Source of the DNA: Bacteroidaceae bacterium
Lineage (GTDB): Bacteria > Bacteroidota > Bacteroidia > Bacteroidales > Barnesiellaceae_A
Length of the DNA stretch: 63,714 nt
Assembly (NCBI GenBank): GCA_017935645.1
Contig: JAGBHF010000073.1
Span: 1 to 63,714 of the forward strand
Direction: 5' to 3'
In this document: in pieces, positions 38,029 to 47,832 of the stretch
How positions within the stretch are numbered: the stretch's first letter is position 1
Layout: each line of letters opens with the position of its first letter
Position numbers and translations under genes: made by a program
Notes under the pieces: generated by a model
The model's input: only the letters and a program-made list of their open reading frames with translations
Databases searched by the model: none
Told to the model about the DNA's origin: nothing

Positions 38029-39105
38029 TTATTTGATTGTAAATTTAAATACTGTGTGTGATTGGAACTTCTCACCCGGGCGCAACACGGTAGAGGGGTA
38101 TTGGGGCTTGTTGGGCGAGTCGGGGAAGTGTTGTGTTTCCAAGCAGAATGCTGTGCGGGCATTGTAATACTTACCATGCTTGCCTACATACTCTCCATTG
38201 AGCCAGTTGGCTGTGTAGAGTTGTACTCCGGGCTCGGTAGTGAATACTTCAAGTGCAATACCTGTACGGGGCGAAACACATTCAGCAGCAAGGGCAAATA
38301 CTTTGTCACCTTTATCCAATACGTAGCAGTGGTCGTATCCGTGACCGAAAATCAACTGCTCGAATGGCTCATCGATGCGCTCTCCTATTGTGTGAGGAGT
38401 ATCGAATGCCATAGGTGTGCCGGCTACAGGCGCAGGCTCGCCATACGGTATAGCAGTGTCGTCGGTGGGTAGATATTGCGAAGCATTAATGGTGAGAATA
38501 TGGTCGTCAACAGTTGTTTCTCCTACGCCCGATAGGTTGAAGAATGCGTGATTGGTGAGGTTTACAACAGTAGCTTTGTCTGTTACAGCCTCGTATGTAA
38601 TATCTACACTATTGTCGTTGGTGAGGCGATAAGTAACAGTAACGGTGAGGTTGCCGGGAAATCCCTCTTCGCCATCGGCCGATGTGTAGTGCAATGCCAA
38701 TGTCTGATTGTCTATTTGTTCGGCATCCCATACTCTTTCGTTGAAACCTTTTACACCACCGTGTAGGTTGTTGGGGCCGTTGTTGATGGCAAGTTGGTCA
38801 TATACCATGCCATCCAATTCAAATCGTCCGCGGGCAATACGATTGGCATATCGGCCACATATTACACCAAAGTAGGTGTCGCCGGTGGTAAGAATAGTCT
38901 CCATTGAGTCGTGACCGGTAACAACATCTACCATATTTCCGTTGCGGTCGGGAACAAGCAACGATATGATGCGTGCACCATAATTGCAGATAGTCAATTC
39001 GCATCCGTTGGCGTTGGTGAGCGCATAGAGACGAGTCGATTTACCCTCAATTGTGGCGTTGAATTTATCGTACGAAATGCCCGATAATGTTGTAGTATTA
39101 TTCAT
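38029..39105 (-). CDS. galM: Aldose 1-epimerase (galactose mutarotase)
   Basis: GRYANRIA, LHGG, DGEEGFPGNL, NLTNHAFFNL, FCLETQHFPDSPN. Confidence 0.94.
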   Translation of the reverse strand: MNNTTTLSGISYDKFNATIEGKSTRLYALTNANGCELTICNYGARIISLLVPDRNGNMVDVVTGHDSMETILTTGDTYFGVICGRYANRIARGRFELDGMVYDQLAINNGPNNLHGGVKGFNERVWDAEQIDNQTLALHYTSADGEEGFPGNLTVTVTYRLTNDNSVDITYEAVTDKATVVNLTNHAFFNLSGVGETTVDDHILTINASQYLPTDDTAIPYGEPAPVAGTPMAFDTPHTIGERIDEPFEQLIFGHGYDHCYVLDKGDKVFALAAECVSPRTGIALEVFTTEPGVQLYTANWLNGEYVGKHGKYYNARTAFCLETQHFPDSPNKPQYPSTVLRPGEKFQSHTVFKFTIK

Positions 39106-39128
39106 TATATAGTCCTCTATTAAATGAT

Positions 39129-39713
39129 TTATTTCTCCTGCGAAGCCAAGTACTCTTCGGCTACCTCACACAGTGTGCGATACCAATCCTCGCCGAAACG
39201 TCGTATAAGTGGCTCGCGTAGGAATTGGTACACGCGAACACCCTCTTTGCGACCCAACACCTCGGCCGCCTTACATATTTTCCAGCGGTGATAGTTGAGT
39301 GCGGTATATCCGTTTGACCACTCTTGTAGTCGCACAGGGTATAGGTGGCACGATAGGGGTTTGTAAAACTTTGAACGGCCTTCACGATAGGCTTTTTCAA
39401 GAGCGCAATAGCACATGCCGTTTTCACCATAGCAAGTAAATACACAATCACGACCATCTACAATAGAGGTGACTAAGTCGGCCTCTTCGTCGACATACGA
39501 AACGCCTTGTTCCTTGATAACTGCCTGTGCGGCCGGGCTGAGGTCGTTCCATACGGCATCGAGAGCCTCTTCTATAGCCTTTTGTTCCTCGGGAGTGATG
39601 GGAGCACCTGCATCGCCGTCAATACAACATTCGCCTTTGCAAGCATCAAGATTGCACAAAAAATATCTTTCGAGAATATCGAGGGTGATGATGGTGTTGT
39701 CTATTTGTATCAT
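39129..39713 (-). CDS. DUF3109 family Cys-rich protein
   Basis: FLCNLDACKGECCIDGDAGAP, GRDCVF, CYCALE, KPLSCHLYP, WKICKAA. Confidence 0.88.
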   Translation of the reverse strand: MIQIDNTIITLDILERYFLCNLDACKGECCIDGDAGAPITPEEQKAIEEALDAVWNDLSPAAQAVIKEQGVSYVDEEADLVTSIVDGRDCVFTCYGENGMCYCALEKAYREGRSKFYKPLSCHLYPVRLQEWSNGYTALNYHRWKICKAAEVLGRKEGVRVYQFLREPLIRRFGEDWYRTLCEVAEEYLASQEK

Positions 39714-39760
39714 GTATGATGTGGATTAATTGCCTTGCAGGAGTGTGACTTTCAATATAT

Positions 39761-39790
39761 ACTTCTGCGAGCAATGTAGCTCGCAGAAGT
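39761..39790. other. 12-bp perfect hairpin between MFS and DUF3109 genes
   Basis: acttctgcgagc-aatgta-gctcgcagaagt; no U-tract on the coding (minus) strand. Confidence 0.6.
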
Positions 39791-39804
39791 TGTAAGCTAT
39801 GAAA

Positions 39805-41073
39805 TTATTCGGTAGGGATGTCTTTGTTGACATTCTTTGAGCCTATCACAGCGTAGAACAAGAGGTAGGCGAGAGCAATAATGATAACCCAGTAGCTACC
39901 GATAAAGCCAACCTTGTCGGCTACTACACCTTGAATGAAGGGGAGAATACCACCACCGCATACAAGTGCCATAAAGATGCCCGATGCAGCAGGTGTGTAT
40001 TTGCCAAGACCCTCGGCTGCAAGGTTGAAGATAGAACCCCACATAACCGATGTACAAAGACCGCACAAAAGCATAAATAACATGCTCATGGGTACTTCAG
40101 TGTTGATAAAGGGTACTGTAACCTTAACACTCTCGGGTGTAAACATCAACGCCAAGATAAGGATAATACATAGTGCCGATACGGTTGTGAGCATGGCTTT
40201 GCTGGTAACTTTGGCACCAATAGCACCACCTATAAGACGACCACACATCATCAAGAACCAATATGAACCTACTACAGTACCTGCAACAGCGGGGCCTACC
40301 CATGTGAGGTCCGACATGTAGAGGTTGGCAATATTGGGGATACCTACCTCGATACCTACATAGAAGAAGATAGCTATAGCACCCATAACGAAGTGACGGA
40401 ATGACATGGGGCCATATTTGTCCTTGGTTTGCTTGCCGTTCAAGCGAGCGGCTTTCTCTTCGGCTGTCTCCATGTGAGGCTCGGGTATCTTGGTCATGGC
40501 AATGATAACAAATGCCAATGCAAAGATGGCCATTGCAATAATCATGGCAGGTGCAGCATCGCCTACCTTGGCTTGATCCATTGAGCCACCGATAAGATAA
40601 CCCAACAAGATGGGAGCGATAGTACCACCGATTGAGTTGCATGAGCCACCCAATTGCAAGAGTTGGTTACCGCGAGCACCACCACCACCGAGGGTGTTGA
40701 GCATGGGATTAACAACAATGTTGAGCATACACATTGAGAATCCGGCTACGAAAGCGCCCAATACGTACACCATAAAAGACTCAACGTATCCCGATAGGAA
40801 TTGGATACCTACACCAATGAAACCCACAGTTACTGCGGCCAATGAGGTGAACTTGTAACCTTTGCGCTTCAAGATAACACCGGCAGGAATACCCATGCAG
40901 GCATAAGCAATGAAGTTGGCAAGCGAGCCTAATTGCGAGAGGGCATTAGAGGCTTGAAACTGATTCTTTACAATTACTCCCATTGAACCGGCAAAGTTGG
41001 TGACAAATGCAATCATGAAAAAGAGTGCAAACATCACGGCAATAGGAAGAGCATAATTTTTCTTTTGTTCCAT
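39805..41073 (-). CDS. MFS sugar:H+ symporter (FucP/GluP family, likely galactose/glucose)
   Basis: 12 TM; ANFIAYACMGIPAG, VVNPM, FFYVGIEVG, YWFLMMCGRLIG, GLCTSVMWGSIF. Confidence 0.9.
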   Translation of the reverse strand: MEQKKNYALPIAVMFALFFMIAFVTNFAGSMGVIVKNQFQASNALSQLGSLANFIAYACMGIPAGVILKRKGYKFTSLAAVTVGFIGVGIQFLSGYVESFMVYVLGAFVAGFSMCMLNIVVNPMLNTLGGGGARGNQLLQLGGSCNSIGGTIAPILLGYLIGGSMDQAKVGDAAPAMIIAMAIFALAFVIIAMTKIPEPHMETAEEKAARLNGKQTKDKYGPMSFRHFVMGAIAIFFYVGIEVGIPNIANLYMSDLTWVGPAVAGTVVGSYWFLMMCGRLIGGAIGAKVTSKAMLTTVSALCIILILALMFTPESVKVTVPFINTEVPMSMLFMLLCGLCTSVMWGSIFNLAAEGLGKYTPAASGIFMALVCGGGILPFIQGVVADKVGFIGSYWVIIIALAYLLFYAVIGSKNVNKDIPTE

Positions 41074-41097
41074 GGTAAAATATTTTACAATTAGTGA

Positions 41098-42615
41098 TTA
41101 GTCTTTGATAAGGTTTGTACCGGTCATTTCGGCAGGTATGGGCAATCCCATGATGTGCAATATCGAGGGAGCAACGTCGGCCAAGATACCGTCGCTCACG
41201 GTCGAGTGCTTATTCTCGGTAACATACACAAAGGGTACGGGATTGAGCGAGTGGGCTGTATTGGGTGTGCCATCACTGTTCTCGGCATTATCGGCATTAC
41301 CGTGGTCGGCTATGATGATAGTCTCATAACCGGCAGCCTTGGCAGCTTCGACAGTCTCGTTTACACATTGGTCTACGGCTTTTACAGCTGTTTCGATAGC
41401 CGAGTAGATACCGGTGTGACCCACCATGTCGCCGTTGGCATAGTTTACTACGATGAAGTCATACTTTTCGCTCTTGATGGCCTCTACGAGTTTGTCTTTT
41501 ACTTCAAAGGCGCTCATCTCGGGCTTGAGGTCGTATGTGGCAACCTTGGGCGAAGCAACAAGAATACGCTCCTCGTTGTCGTAAGGTGTTTCGCGACCAC
41601 CGTTGAAGAAGAATGTAACGTGTGCATACTTCTCGGTCTCGGCAATGTGAAGTTGTTGCTTGCCTTGAGCTGCGAGGTATTCACCGAGGGTGTTAGATAC
41701 GTTTTCCTTGTCGAATAGGATGTGTACACCCTTGAACGAAGCATCGTAGGGTGTCATGCAGTAGTATTGCAAGCCGGGGATGGTGTGCATGCCGGCCTCG
41801 GGCATGTCTTGTTGTGTGAGCACGATAGTGAGCTCCTTGGCGCGGTCGTTGCGGTAATTGAAGAAGATTACCACATCACCTTCCTTGATAGTTCCGTCTA
41901 TCTGAGCATTTACGATGGGTTTGATAAACTCGTCGGTTACGCCTTCGTCGTACGACTCTTGCATGGCTGCAACCATGTCGGTGGCTTTCTTGCCAATGCC
42001 GTTTACGAGCAAGTCGTAGGCCTCTTTAATGCGCTCCCAACGTTTGTCGCGATCCATGGCGTAGTAGCGACCGATGATTGAGGCAATCTTGCCGGCACTC
42101 TTCTCGCAATGAGCTTGCAATGCGGCAATAAATCCCTTGCCACTCTTGGGGTCGGTGTCGCGACCGTCCATAAAACAGTGGATGAAGGTGTTGTCAATAC
42201 CATATTCGCGTGAGATATCGCACAACTTGAAGAGGTGGTCGAGCGAACTATGTACTCCACCATCTGATGTCAAGCCCATGAAGTGAATATTCTTTTTGTT
42301 GTCGCGAGCGTATGAAAATGCCGATATAATTTCGGGATTTTCCATAATTGAGTTTTCGCGACAGGCTTTGTTGATTTTTACGAGGTCTTGATATACAACA
42401 CGACCGGCGCCGATATTGAGGTGTCCAACCTCCGAGTTACCCATTTGTCCATCGGGCAAACCAACATTCTCGCCACTTGCTTGCAACTGAGAGTGGGGAT
42501 ATGTTGAGATGAGATAATCCCAATAGGGAGTGGGGGTTGATGCAATAACATCGGCGTGAGAATTGTCTCCAATGCCCCAGCCGTCGAGGATCATTAACAA
42601 TGCTTTTTTACTCAT
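41098..42615 (-). CDS. gpmI: 2,3-bisphosphoglycerate-independent phosphoglycerate mutase
   Basis: [61 protein letters not shown]. Variant -7 box tatcttcg at 42660-42667. Confidence 0.97.
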   Translation of the reverse strand: MSKKALLMILDGWGIGDNSHADVIASTPTPYWDYLISTYPHSQLQASGENVGLPDGQMGNSEVGHLNIGAGRVVYQDLVKINKACRENSIMENPEIISAFSYARDNKKNIHFMGLTSDGGVHSSLDHLFKLCDISREYGIDNTFIHCFMDGRDTDPKSGKGFIAALQAHCEKSAGKIASIIGRYYAMDRDKRWERIKEAYDLLVNGIGKKATDMVAAMQESYDEGVTDEFIKPIVNAQIDGTIKEGDVVIFFNYRNDRAKELTIVLTQQDMPEAGMHTIPGLQYYCMTPYDASFKGVHILFDKENVSNTLGEYLAAQGKQQLHIAETEKYAHVTFFFNGGRETPYDNEERILVASPKVATYDLKPEMSAFEVKDKLVEAIKSEKYDFIVVNYANGDMVGHTGIYSAIETAVKAVDQCVNETVEAAKAAGYETIIIADHGNADNAENSDGTPNTAHSLNPVPFVYVTENKHSTVSDGILADVAPSILHIMGLPIPAEMTGTNLIKD

Positions 42616-42786
42616 AATTCTATCTTCTTATAGATTGTACCTTAAAATTAATTATTTCGCGAAGATACTAATTTTTTATCTATTTTTCTCAATATCAGAG
42701 GTGATTTTCATAGTTTTTATTTATGAAAGATTGATTTGCACTTTTCGTGCTTATTTCTTTACTTTGTCATCGCAAGTTGTAGTGGT

Positions 42787-43782
42787 ATGAAAGCATCTGA
42801 TAAGGTACATCTATCCCGAGTGCAAAGGGTTGATATAGAGCGACAAGTACGATATGTCGACTTTGTTTCGCGGCAGGGGTTTCCGATAACTCCCGGTAGC
42901 GATGATGTGCTTGCTGTATTCGATGCTACGATGCTTTTGTTAAATGCCGATTATACACAAGGACAATTGCATGCCATGTTGAGTGATACGGACGATAATT
43001 CGTCGCAAGCATTGTTCGTGCGCAGGTATCACAATCTATTGTCGCACTTGTTGGCCGATGATATTGATGTGAACTTCGATGAGTCGCGTGTTCTTGAATA
43101 TTATCAGCAACTATTTGCTGAAGGTACCGGTACAACGTTGAGCAGAACACGCACGGCTATCGCTTCGTTGCGTCGTGGAGTGGTGGCGCGTGAGTCTTAT
43201 ACGGCAAGTCGTGAGCTGAGTGAACTGGTTGAGTGGCTGTTGGTAAGTAGTAACAGTGCCACCTCTTTTTCCTTAGTGGATGTTGCGGTTTTTCTATATC
43301 GATTTGTTCGGGAGACAACCTTGCCACAAGGTCGTGAGGAGGTTATGCAATTGCTTATGCTACTTATGTTGCGTCGATTGGGCTACAATTGGGTGCGATT
43401 GAGTGCACCGGCCATTGTGATGGTCGAAGATAGAGTGGGTTATCGTCGAGCATTATTGAGTGATAGCGATGCGCAACATGGCTTGACTAATTGGGTCGTC
43501 TATTTTGTTCATGCTGTATATGAAGCTGCTAAGCGATTTAGTGCCAAGCATGCGCCGGTATTACCCCCCAAGTCGGTATCGCATAAGACAGTGTTGAATA
43601 GTCGTCAACGAGCTATACTTGACTACATTGCCGTCAACCAGCCGGTGGGTGTTGCAGCAATTGTAAAACACTTGCATAAAGAGTCTATTAATACAATCAA
43701 AAAAGATCTTTTACACTTGCGCAAGTTGGGTTATATAGCCCCCGACGGTGTGCTGAAAGGTACGGTGTATTATAAGATATGA
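42787..43782 (+). CDS. Degenerate Fic-fold protein with C-terminal winged HTH
   Basis: Fic-like scaffold (AVFLYRFVR-ETTLPQGREE-VMQLLMLLMLRRLGY; GYRRAL; LTNWVVYF) lacking HPFxxGNGR; C-terminal LNSRQRAILDYI...TIKKDLLHL...GTVY HTH. Confidence 0.7.
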   Translation: MKASDKVHLSRVQRVDIERQVRYVDFVSRQGFPITPGSDDVLAVFDATMLLLNADYTQGQLHAMLSDTDDNSSQALFVRRYHNLLSHLLADDIDVNFDESRVLEYYQQLFAEGTGTTLSRTRTAIASLRRGVVARESYTASRELSELVEWLLVSSNSATSFSLVDVAVFLYRFVRETTLPQGREEVMQLLMLLMLRRLGYNWVRLSAPAIVMVEDRVGYRRALLSDSDAQHGLTNWVVYFVHAVYEAAKRFSAKHAPVLPPKSVSHKTVLNSRQRAILDYIAVNQPVGVAAIVKHLHKESINTIKKDLLHLRKLGYIAPDGVLKGTVYYKI

Positions 43783-43866
43783 CGAGGTTGTATGGAAATA
43801 TATCAATATCTCAATTTGCGAATGAATAAAAAGGCTAATGTGGCAAAATTGAATACTTGGTAATAT

Positions 43867-43907
43867 AAAAAGCAACGCGACGGCATAAACCGTCGCGTTG
43901 TTGCTTT
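43867..43907. terminator. Bidirectional terminator between Fic-like and Sel1 genes
   Basis: gcaacgcgacgg/ccgtcgcgttgt stem flanked by aaaaa and ttgcttta. Confidence 0.8.
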
Positions 43908-43923
43908 ATGGTATGTGTTTCTA

Positions 43924-44250
43924 TTAATTTTCAAATAGGTCGTTCCATGAGGTGTTTTTTTCGACGCTGAGGCGAGTAGCCTTGTCAGTGTCGCGATCTA
44001 CTCCTACGCCATTGTAGTAGCAATAGATAAGACCGTCCATCACACGGTCGTAGTGGTCGCATGTGAACGAAACCGATACTCCGTTGTAATATAGATTGTT
44101 GTATATTTCAAATGCTCTTTCGGGGTCCTTGGCGTAGTGATGACCTACCAATAAGCAGTCGGCAAGGTCAAGTTGTGCGGTGCAGTCGCCTGTGGCTGCA
44201 CGCTCTTCAAGTTGTGCTAACTCTTCGGGGGTAAAACCATGTATTCTCAT
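43924..44250 (-). CDS. Small Sel1-like repeat protein
   Basis: AQLDLADCLLVGHHYAKDPERAFEIY and LIYCYYNGVGVDRDTDKA are two SLR units; -7 box tatatttg upstream. Confidence 0.75.
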   Translation of the reverse strand: MRIHGFTPEELAQLEERAATGDCTAQLDLADCLLVGHHYAKDPERAFEIYNNLYYNGVSVSFTCDHYDRVMDGLIYCYYNGVGVDRDTDKATRLSVEKNTSWNDLFEN

Positions 44251-44442
44251 GTTGAATTAAATTAAGGTTCTTGATAAAATGTGCCTATAAAATGTCTCTA
44301 TAGGTTATATTAATGCAAATATAGTGAATAAATTTTGAAACGTAGTGCTAAATAATGAAAATATTATTGCAAAAGTTTGTTTATCGTGCCACCTTGTTGT
44401 TGTCGTGTTGAAAAACGAACTTAGTGGGGACGGTGTTTGCGG

Positions 44443-45198
44443 TTAGTTTTTCGACAAAATGTCCTCAAGGTCTTTGGCTGTGAGGGCCAATTGGAATTTG
44501 CCATTCTGTGCCACCGAGATATTTCCGGTTTCCTCACTCACGATGATAGCTATGGCATCGGTCTCTTGGCTAAGACCCAGAGCCGAGCGGTGACGCAGAC
44601 CGAGCGATTTGGGGATGTCGGTATTGTGCGAAACGGGCAGTATGCACGATGCCGCGCTGATGCGATTGTTGGATATAATCATGGCTCCATCGTGTAAGGG
44701 GCTGTTCTTGAAGAAGATATTCTCGATAAGTCGTGCATTGACATCGGCGTTTATGGGTTCGCCTGTTAGTTCGTACTTGTCGAGAGGGGTATTGCGCTCG
44801 ACGATAATGAGTGCACCGGTCTTGGTCTTAGCCATGTTCATGCAGGCATATACGATAGGCATTACATAGGGCTTGGTTTGCTCTTTATCACCTTTTTGGA
44901 ACACACCGAGCAGGAACTTCCAGCGGTTGCGTGAGCCGAGTTCGATAAGGAAACGCCGTATCTCTTCTTGGAACAGTACCACAAGAACAAGCAGACCCAA
45001 GCTCATAAACTTGTCCATGATGGCGCCCAATAGACGCATGTCAAGTATGAGGCGGAAGACAATCCATACAATTACAAATGTAATAAGACCACTGAATATC
45101 TTTATGGCTCCCGACTCCTTCATCATCTTGAAGAGGTAGTAGAGCAATGAGGCTACTATCAGTATGTCTATGGCATCTTTTATTCCAAATTCTATCAT
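44443..45198 (-). CDS. cdaA: Diadenylate cyclase
   Basis: 3 N-terminal TM, VLFQEEIRRFL, catalytic LHDGA and GLRHRSALG, IVSEETG. Confidence 0.94.
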   Translation of the reverse strand: MIEFGIKDAIDILIVASLLYYLFKMMKESGAIKIFSGLITFVIVWIVFRLILDMRLLGAIMDKFMSLGLLVLVVLFQEEIRRFLIELGSRNRWKFLLGVFQKGDKEQTKPYVMPIVYACMNMAKTKTGALIIVERNTPLDKYELTGEPINADVNARLIENIFFKNSPLHDGAMIISNNRISAASCILPVSHNTDIPKSLGLRHRSALGLSQETDAIAIIVSEETGNISVAQNGKFQLALTAKDLEDILSKN

Positions 45199-45224
45199 AG
45201 GTATTCTTATGTATTATACGTGTG

Positions 45225-46085
45225 TCAAGGAATAGTTTTTGTTACTATTTTTACTGCTTCAACGGCCTCTTTGACGTCGTGTACGCGCAGGATGTTTGCA
45301 CCTCCTATCAGTGCCAGTACGTTCAAGGCTGTTGTACCGTTGAGACTCTCCTTTGGAGTTGTGTCCAATAGCTTATATATCATCGACTTGCGAGATATGC
45401 CCACGAGTAGTGGAAGACCTAATTGTGCAAATTCGTCGATGTGGCTCATAAGACGGTAATTGTCGTCAATGGTCTTGCTGAAACCAAATCCCGGGTCAAC
45501 AATAATGTCATTAATGCCCATGTGGGTCAGACGGTCGATTTTCGTGGCAAAATATTGCAGTACATCGGCAGTAACATCTTCATAATGTAAGTATTGCTCT
45601 TGCATCATGGCCTCGGGAGTACCTCGCATGTGCATCATTACGTATGGTACATTCAGTCGGGCTACTGTGTCAAACATTTTGTCATCCATTTCGCCACCCG
45701 ATATGTCATTAATAATCTGAACATTCCACTCTTCAACACTCCAACGGGCTACTTCGGCACGGAAGGTATCGACCGATATTATTGCCTCGGGACATTGGCG
45801 TCGTATAGCCTCAAATCCTATGGCCAATCGGCGCTTCTCTTCATCGACGCTCACATCGGCGCAGCCCGGTCGCGACGAATATCCGCCTACATCTATCATA
45901 TCAGCGCCCTCTGAAATAAGTGCTGTTACACGCTTGGCTACAGTTGTAGCATCGGGGCAACGGCTGTTGTCGTAGAACGAATCGGGGGTAACATTGAGTA
46001 TACCCATAACTTGCGGACGAGACAAGTCTATCAACTTGCCTCCTGCATTGATGGTGAGTTTTCTATTGCGATTATCCGAGAGCAT
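45225..46085 (-). CDS. folP: Dihydropteroate synthase
   Basis: VMGILNVTPDSFYD, DVGGYSSRPG, SVDTFR, INDISGG, DPGFGFSKT, SRKSMI, LRVHDV. Confidence 0.96.
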   Translation of the reverse strand: MLSDNRNRKLTINAGGKLIDLSRPQVMGILNVTPDSFYDNSRCPDATTVAKRVTALISEGADMIDVGGYSSRPGCADVSVDEEKRRLAIGFEAIRRQCPEAIISVDTFRAEVARWSVEEWNVQIINDISGGEMDDKMFDTVARLNVPYVMMHMRGTPEAMMQEQYLHYEDVTADVLQYFATKIDRLTHMGINDIIVDPGFGFSKTIDDNYRLMSHIDEFAQLGLPLLVGISRKSMIYKLLDTTPKESLNGTTALNVLALIGGANILRVHDVKEAVEAVKIVTKTIP

Positions 46086-46171
46086 ACATGCATAAATTAG
46101 CAAGCGAAATTACAAATTTTCTGTGAATATAAGTGCGAATAATAGATATAAAAAAATGATGGTACGGAATT

Positions 46172-46567
46172 TTATTCTTTTTCTACCGATTTGTGCTGTT
46201 CGTCGCTTTTATTTAGTCGTGGAACAGCGTCAACCTTAGTGTGCTGTATCTCTCGTTGAGGCTTGATTTTTTTGACTGCCTTGGGCTTGACGATGGGGTA
46301 GGTTGAGTCGTTGCGGGCATGAGTGCGACGGATATAGGTGGGGCGACGCTCCTCCTCGGGGATGGTGTCGAGTTGTGAACGAAACAGGGCTATTTCTTGT
46401 TCGAGTTGTGTATAATCGGAAGCGGGCTGTTGCTGAGTATGGCGGTAGTGGGTGGCTGCAAGTTGTGCTATACACAACACCAATGCTACTACTACCAGAA
46501 AAAGCGTAGCTCGGCGCTGTCCGCGAGGGAGCGAAAGCCATTTATCCGACCATTTATTCCATTTCAT
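46172..46567 (-). CDS. Hypothetical membrane-anchored protein
   Basis: 131 aa; one TM after LSLPRGQRRATLFLVVV, then a basic hydrophilic tail. Confidence 0.6.
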   Translation of the reverse strand: MKWNKWSDKWLSLPRGQRRATLFLVVVALVLCIAQLAATHYRHTQQQPASDYTQLEQEIALFRSQLDTIPEEERRPTYIRRTHARNDSTYPIVKPKAVKKIKPQREIQHTKVDAVPRLNKSDEQHKSVEKE

Positions 46568-46680
46568 TGTTTAATTTTTATCTCTCTACTTGCGTTATAT
46601 GGGGCAAAATAATACTTTTGTAGTGAAATAATCAATAGCTTTTGGTGAAAATATTGTTTAGGTAATAAAGTTTCTGTGTA

Positions 46681-47094
46681 ATGTTGCGATTTTTGCGTCA
46701 AATACCGCCCTATCTGCTCACCTTGATAGTCTTAGTGGCTATCTGTTATCTGTCGTTGGACGCCGACCCATTTCCCGACAGAGAGCGTTGGTTTACCTTT
46801 CCGGGCTCGGACAAGGTAGTACATTTTATTATGTATGGTGGACTTACAGCAACATTCTGTTTCGACTATTATCGACGCACTACCGCACGATGCAAATTGT
46901 GGCTGTTGATTGTCGCCCTTGCAGGAGCTATAACCGTTGGTGCTGTATTGGAATTACTGCAAGCCCACATGGGTATAGGTCGCAGTGGCGATTATGTTGA
47001 CTTTATAGCCAATTCGTTGGGTGCTGTTGTTGGTATAGTTGTGGGTAATAAAGTGTTTGCCCGACTATTTGCCTTATACAATTCACCTCAATAA
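46681..47094 (+). CDS. VanZ-like family protein
   Basis: DKVVHFIMYGGL, LELLQ, GRSGDYVDFIANSLG. Confidence 0.85.
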   Translation: MLRFLRQIPPYLLTLIVLVAICYLSLDADPFPDRERWFTFPGSDKVVHFIMYGGLTATFCFDYYRRTTARCKLWLLIVALAGAITVGAVLELLQAHMGIGRSGDYVDFIANSLGAVVGIVVGNKVFARLFALYNSPQ

Positions 47095-47209
47095 TGCTTG
47101 GAGAGTATTTTGTTTATAGGATTTGTTACATGTTCCGGTGTTAGGGGCTTTGCTATTGACAAATCTTTATATTATTTTTGTAATGCAATAATACCTAATA
47201 AGAGATATC

Positions 47210-47794
47210 ATGATAGAATATATATGTGGTGAAGTGGTTGAACTGACACCAACATCGGCAGTGATAGAGACAGCGGGCGGAGTAGGTTACTTCCTTCACA
47301 TCTCGCTTAATACCTTCTCGGGATTGAAGCAAGGCGAACGTGCGCGCCTCCTTGTCCATGAAGCGATACGCGAAGATGCCTACTTGTTGTATGGTTTCAA
47401 GAGTCGCAAAGAGCGCGAATTGTTTCAATTGCTCATATCAGTGTCGGGTGTAGGGCCTAATACTGCACGAATGATATTGTCGGGATTATCGCCCGATGAA
47501 TTTGAGCAAGTTATTGCTACAGAGAATGTTGGCTTGCTTAAATCGGTGAAAGGTATAGGTGCAAAAACAGCACAAAGAATAATTGTTGACCTCAAGGATA
47601 AAATAAAATCGGTAGGTTCTCCGTTAGTAAGTAGTATGCCACGTGTTTCGGAGACTTACGAAGAGGCTGTTGCAGCTCTCTCGATGTTGGGATTTGCCCC
47701 GCAAGCCTCGCAAAAAGTTGTACAAAAACTACTGCAAGAGACCCCCGGTATACGCGTCGAAGAGGTTATCAAGCAGGCATTAAAGATGCTATGA
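47210..47794 (+). CDS. ruvA: Holliday junction branch migration protein RuvA
   Basis: [47 protein letters not shown]. -7 box tatttttg at 47173-47180. Confidence 0.97.
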   Translation: MIEYICGEVVELTPTSAVIETAGGVGYFLHISLNTFSGLKQGERARLLVHEAIREDAYLLYGFKSRKERELFQLLISVSGVGPNTARMILSGLSPDEFEQVIATENVGLLKSVKGIGAKTAQRIIVDLKDKIKSVGSPLVSSMPRVSETYEEAVAALSMLGFAPQASQKVVQKLLQETPGIRVEEVIKQALKML

Positions 47795-47832
47795 TGCTCG
47801 TCGACGGTATGTTGAACATGGCGAACGCATAG

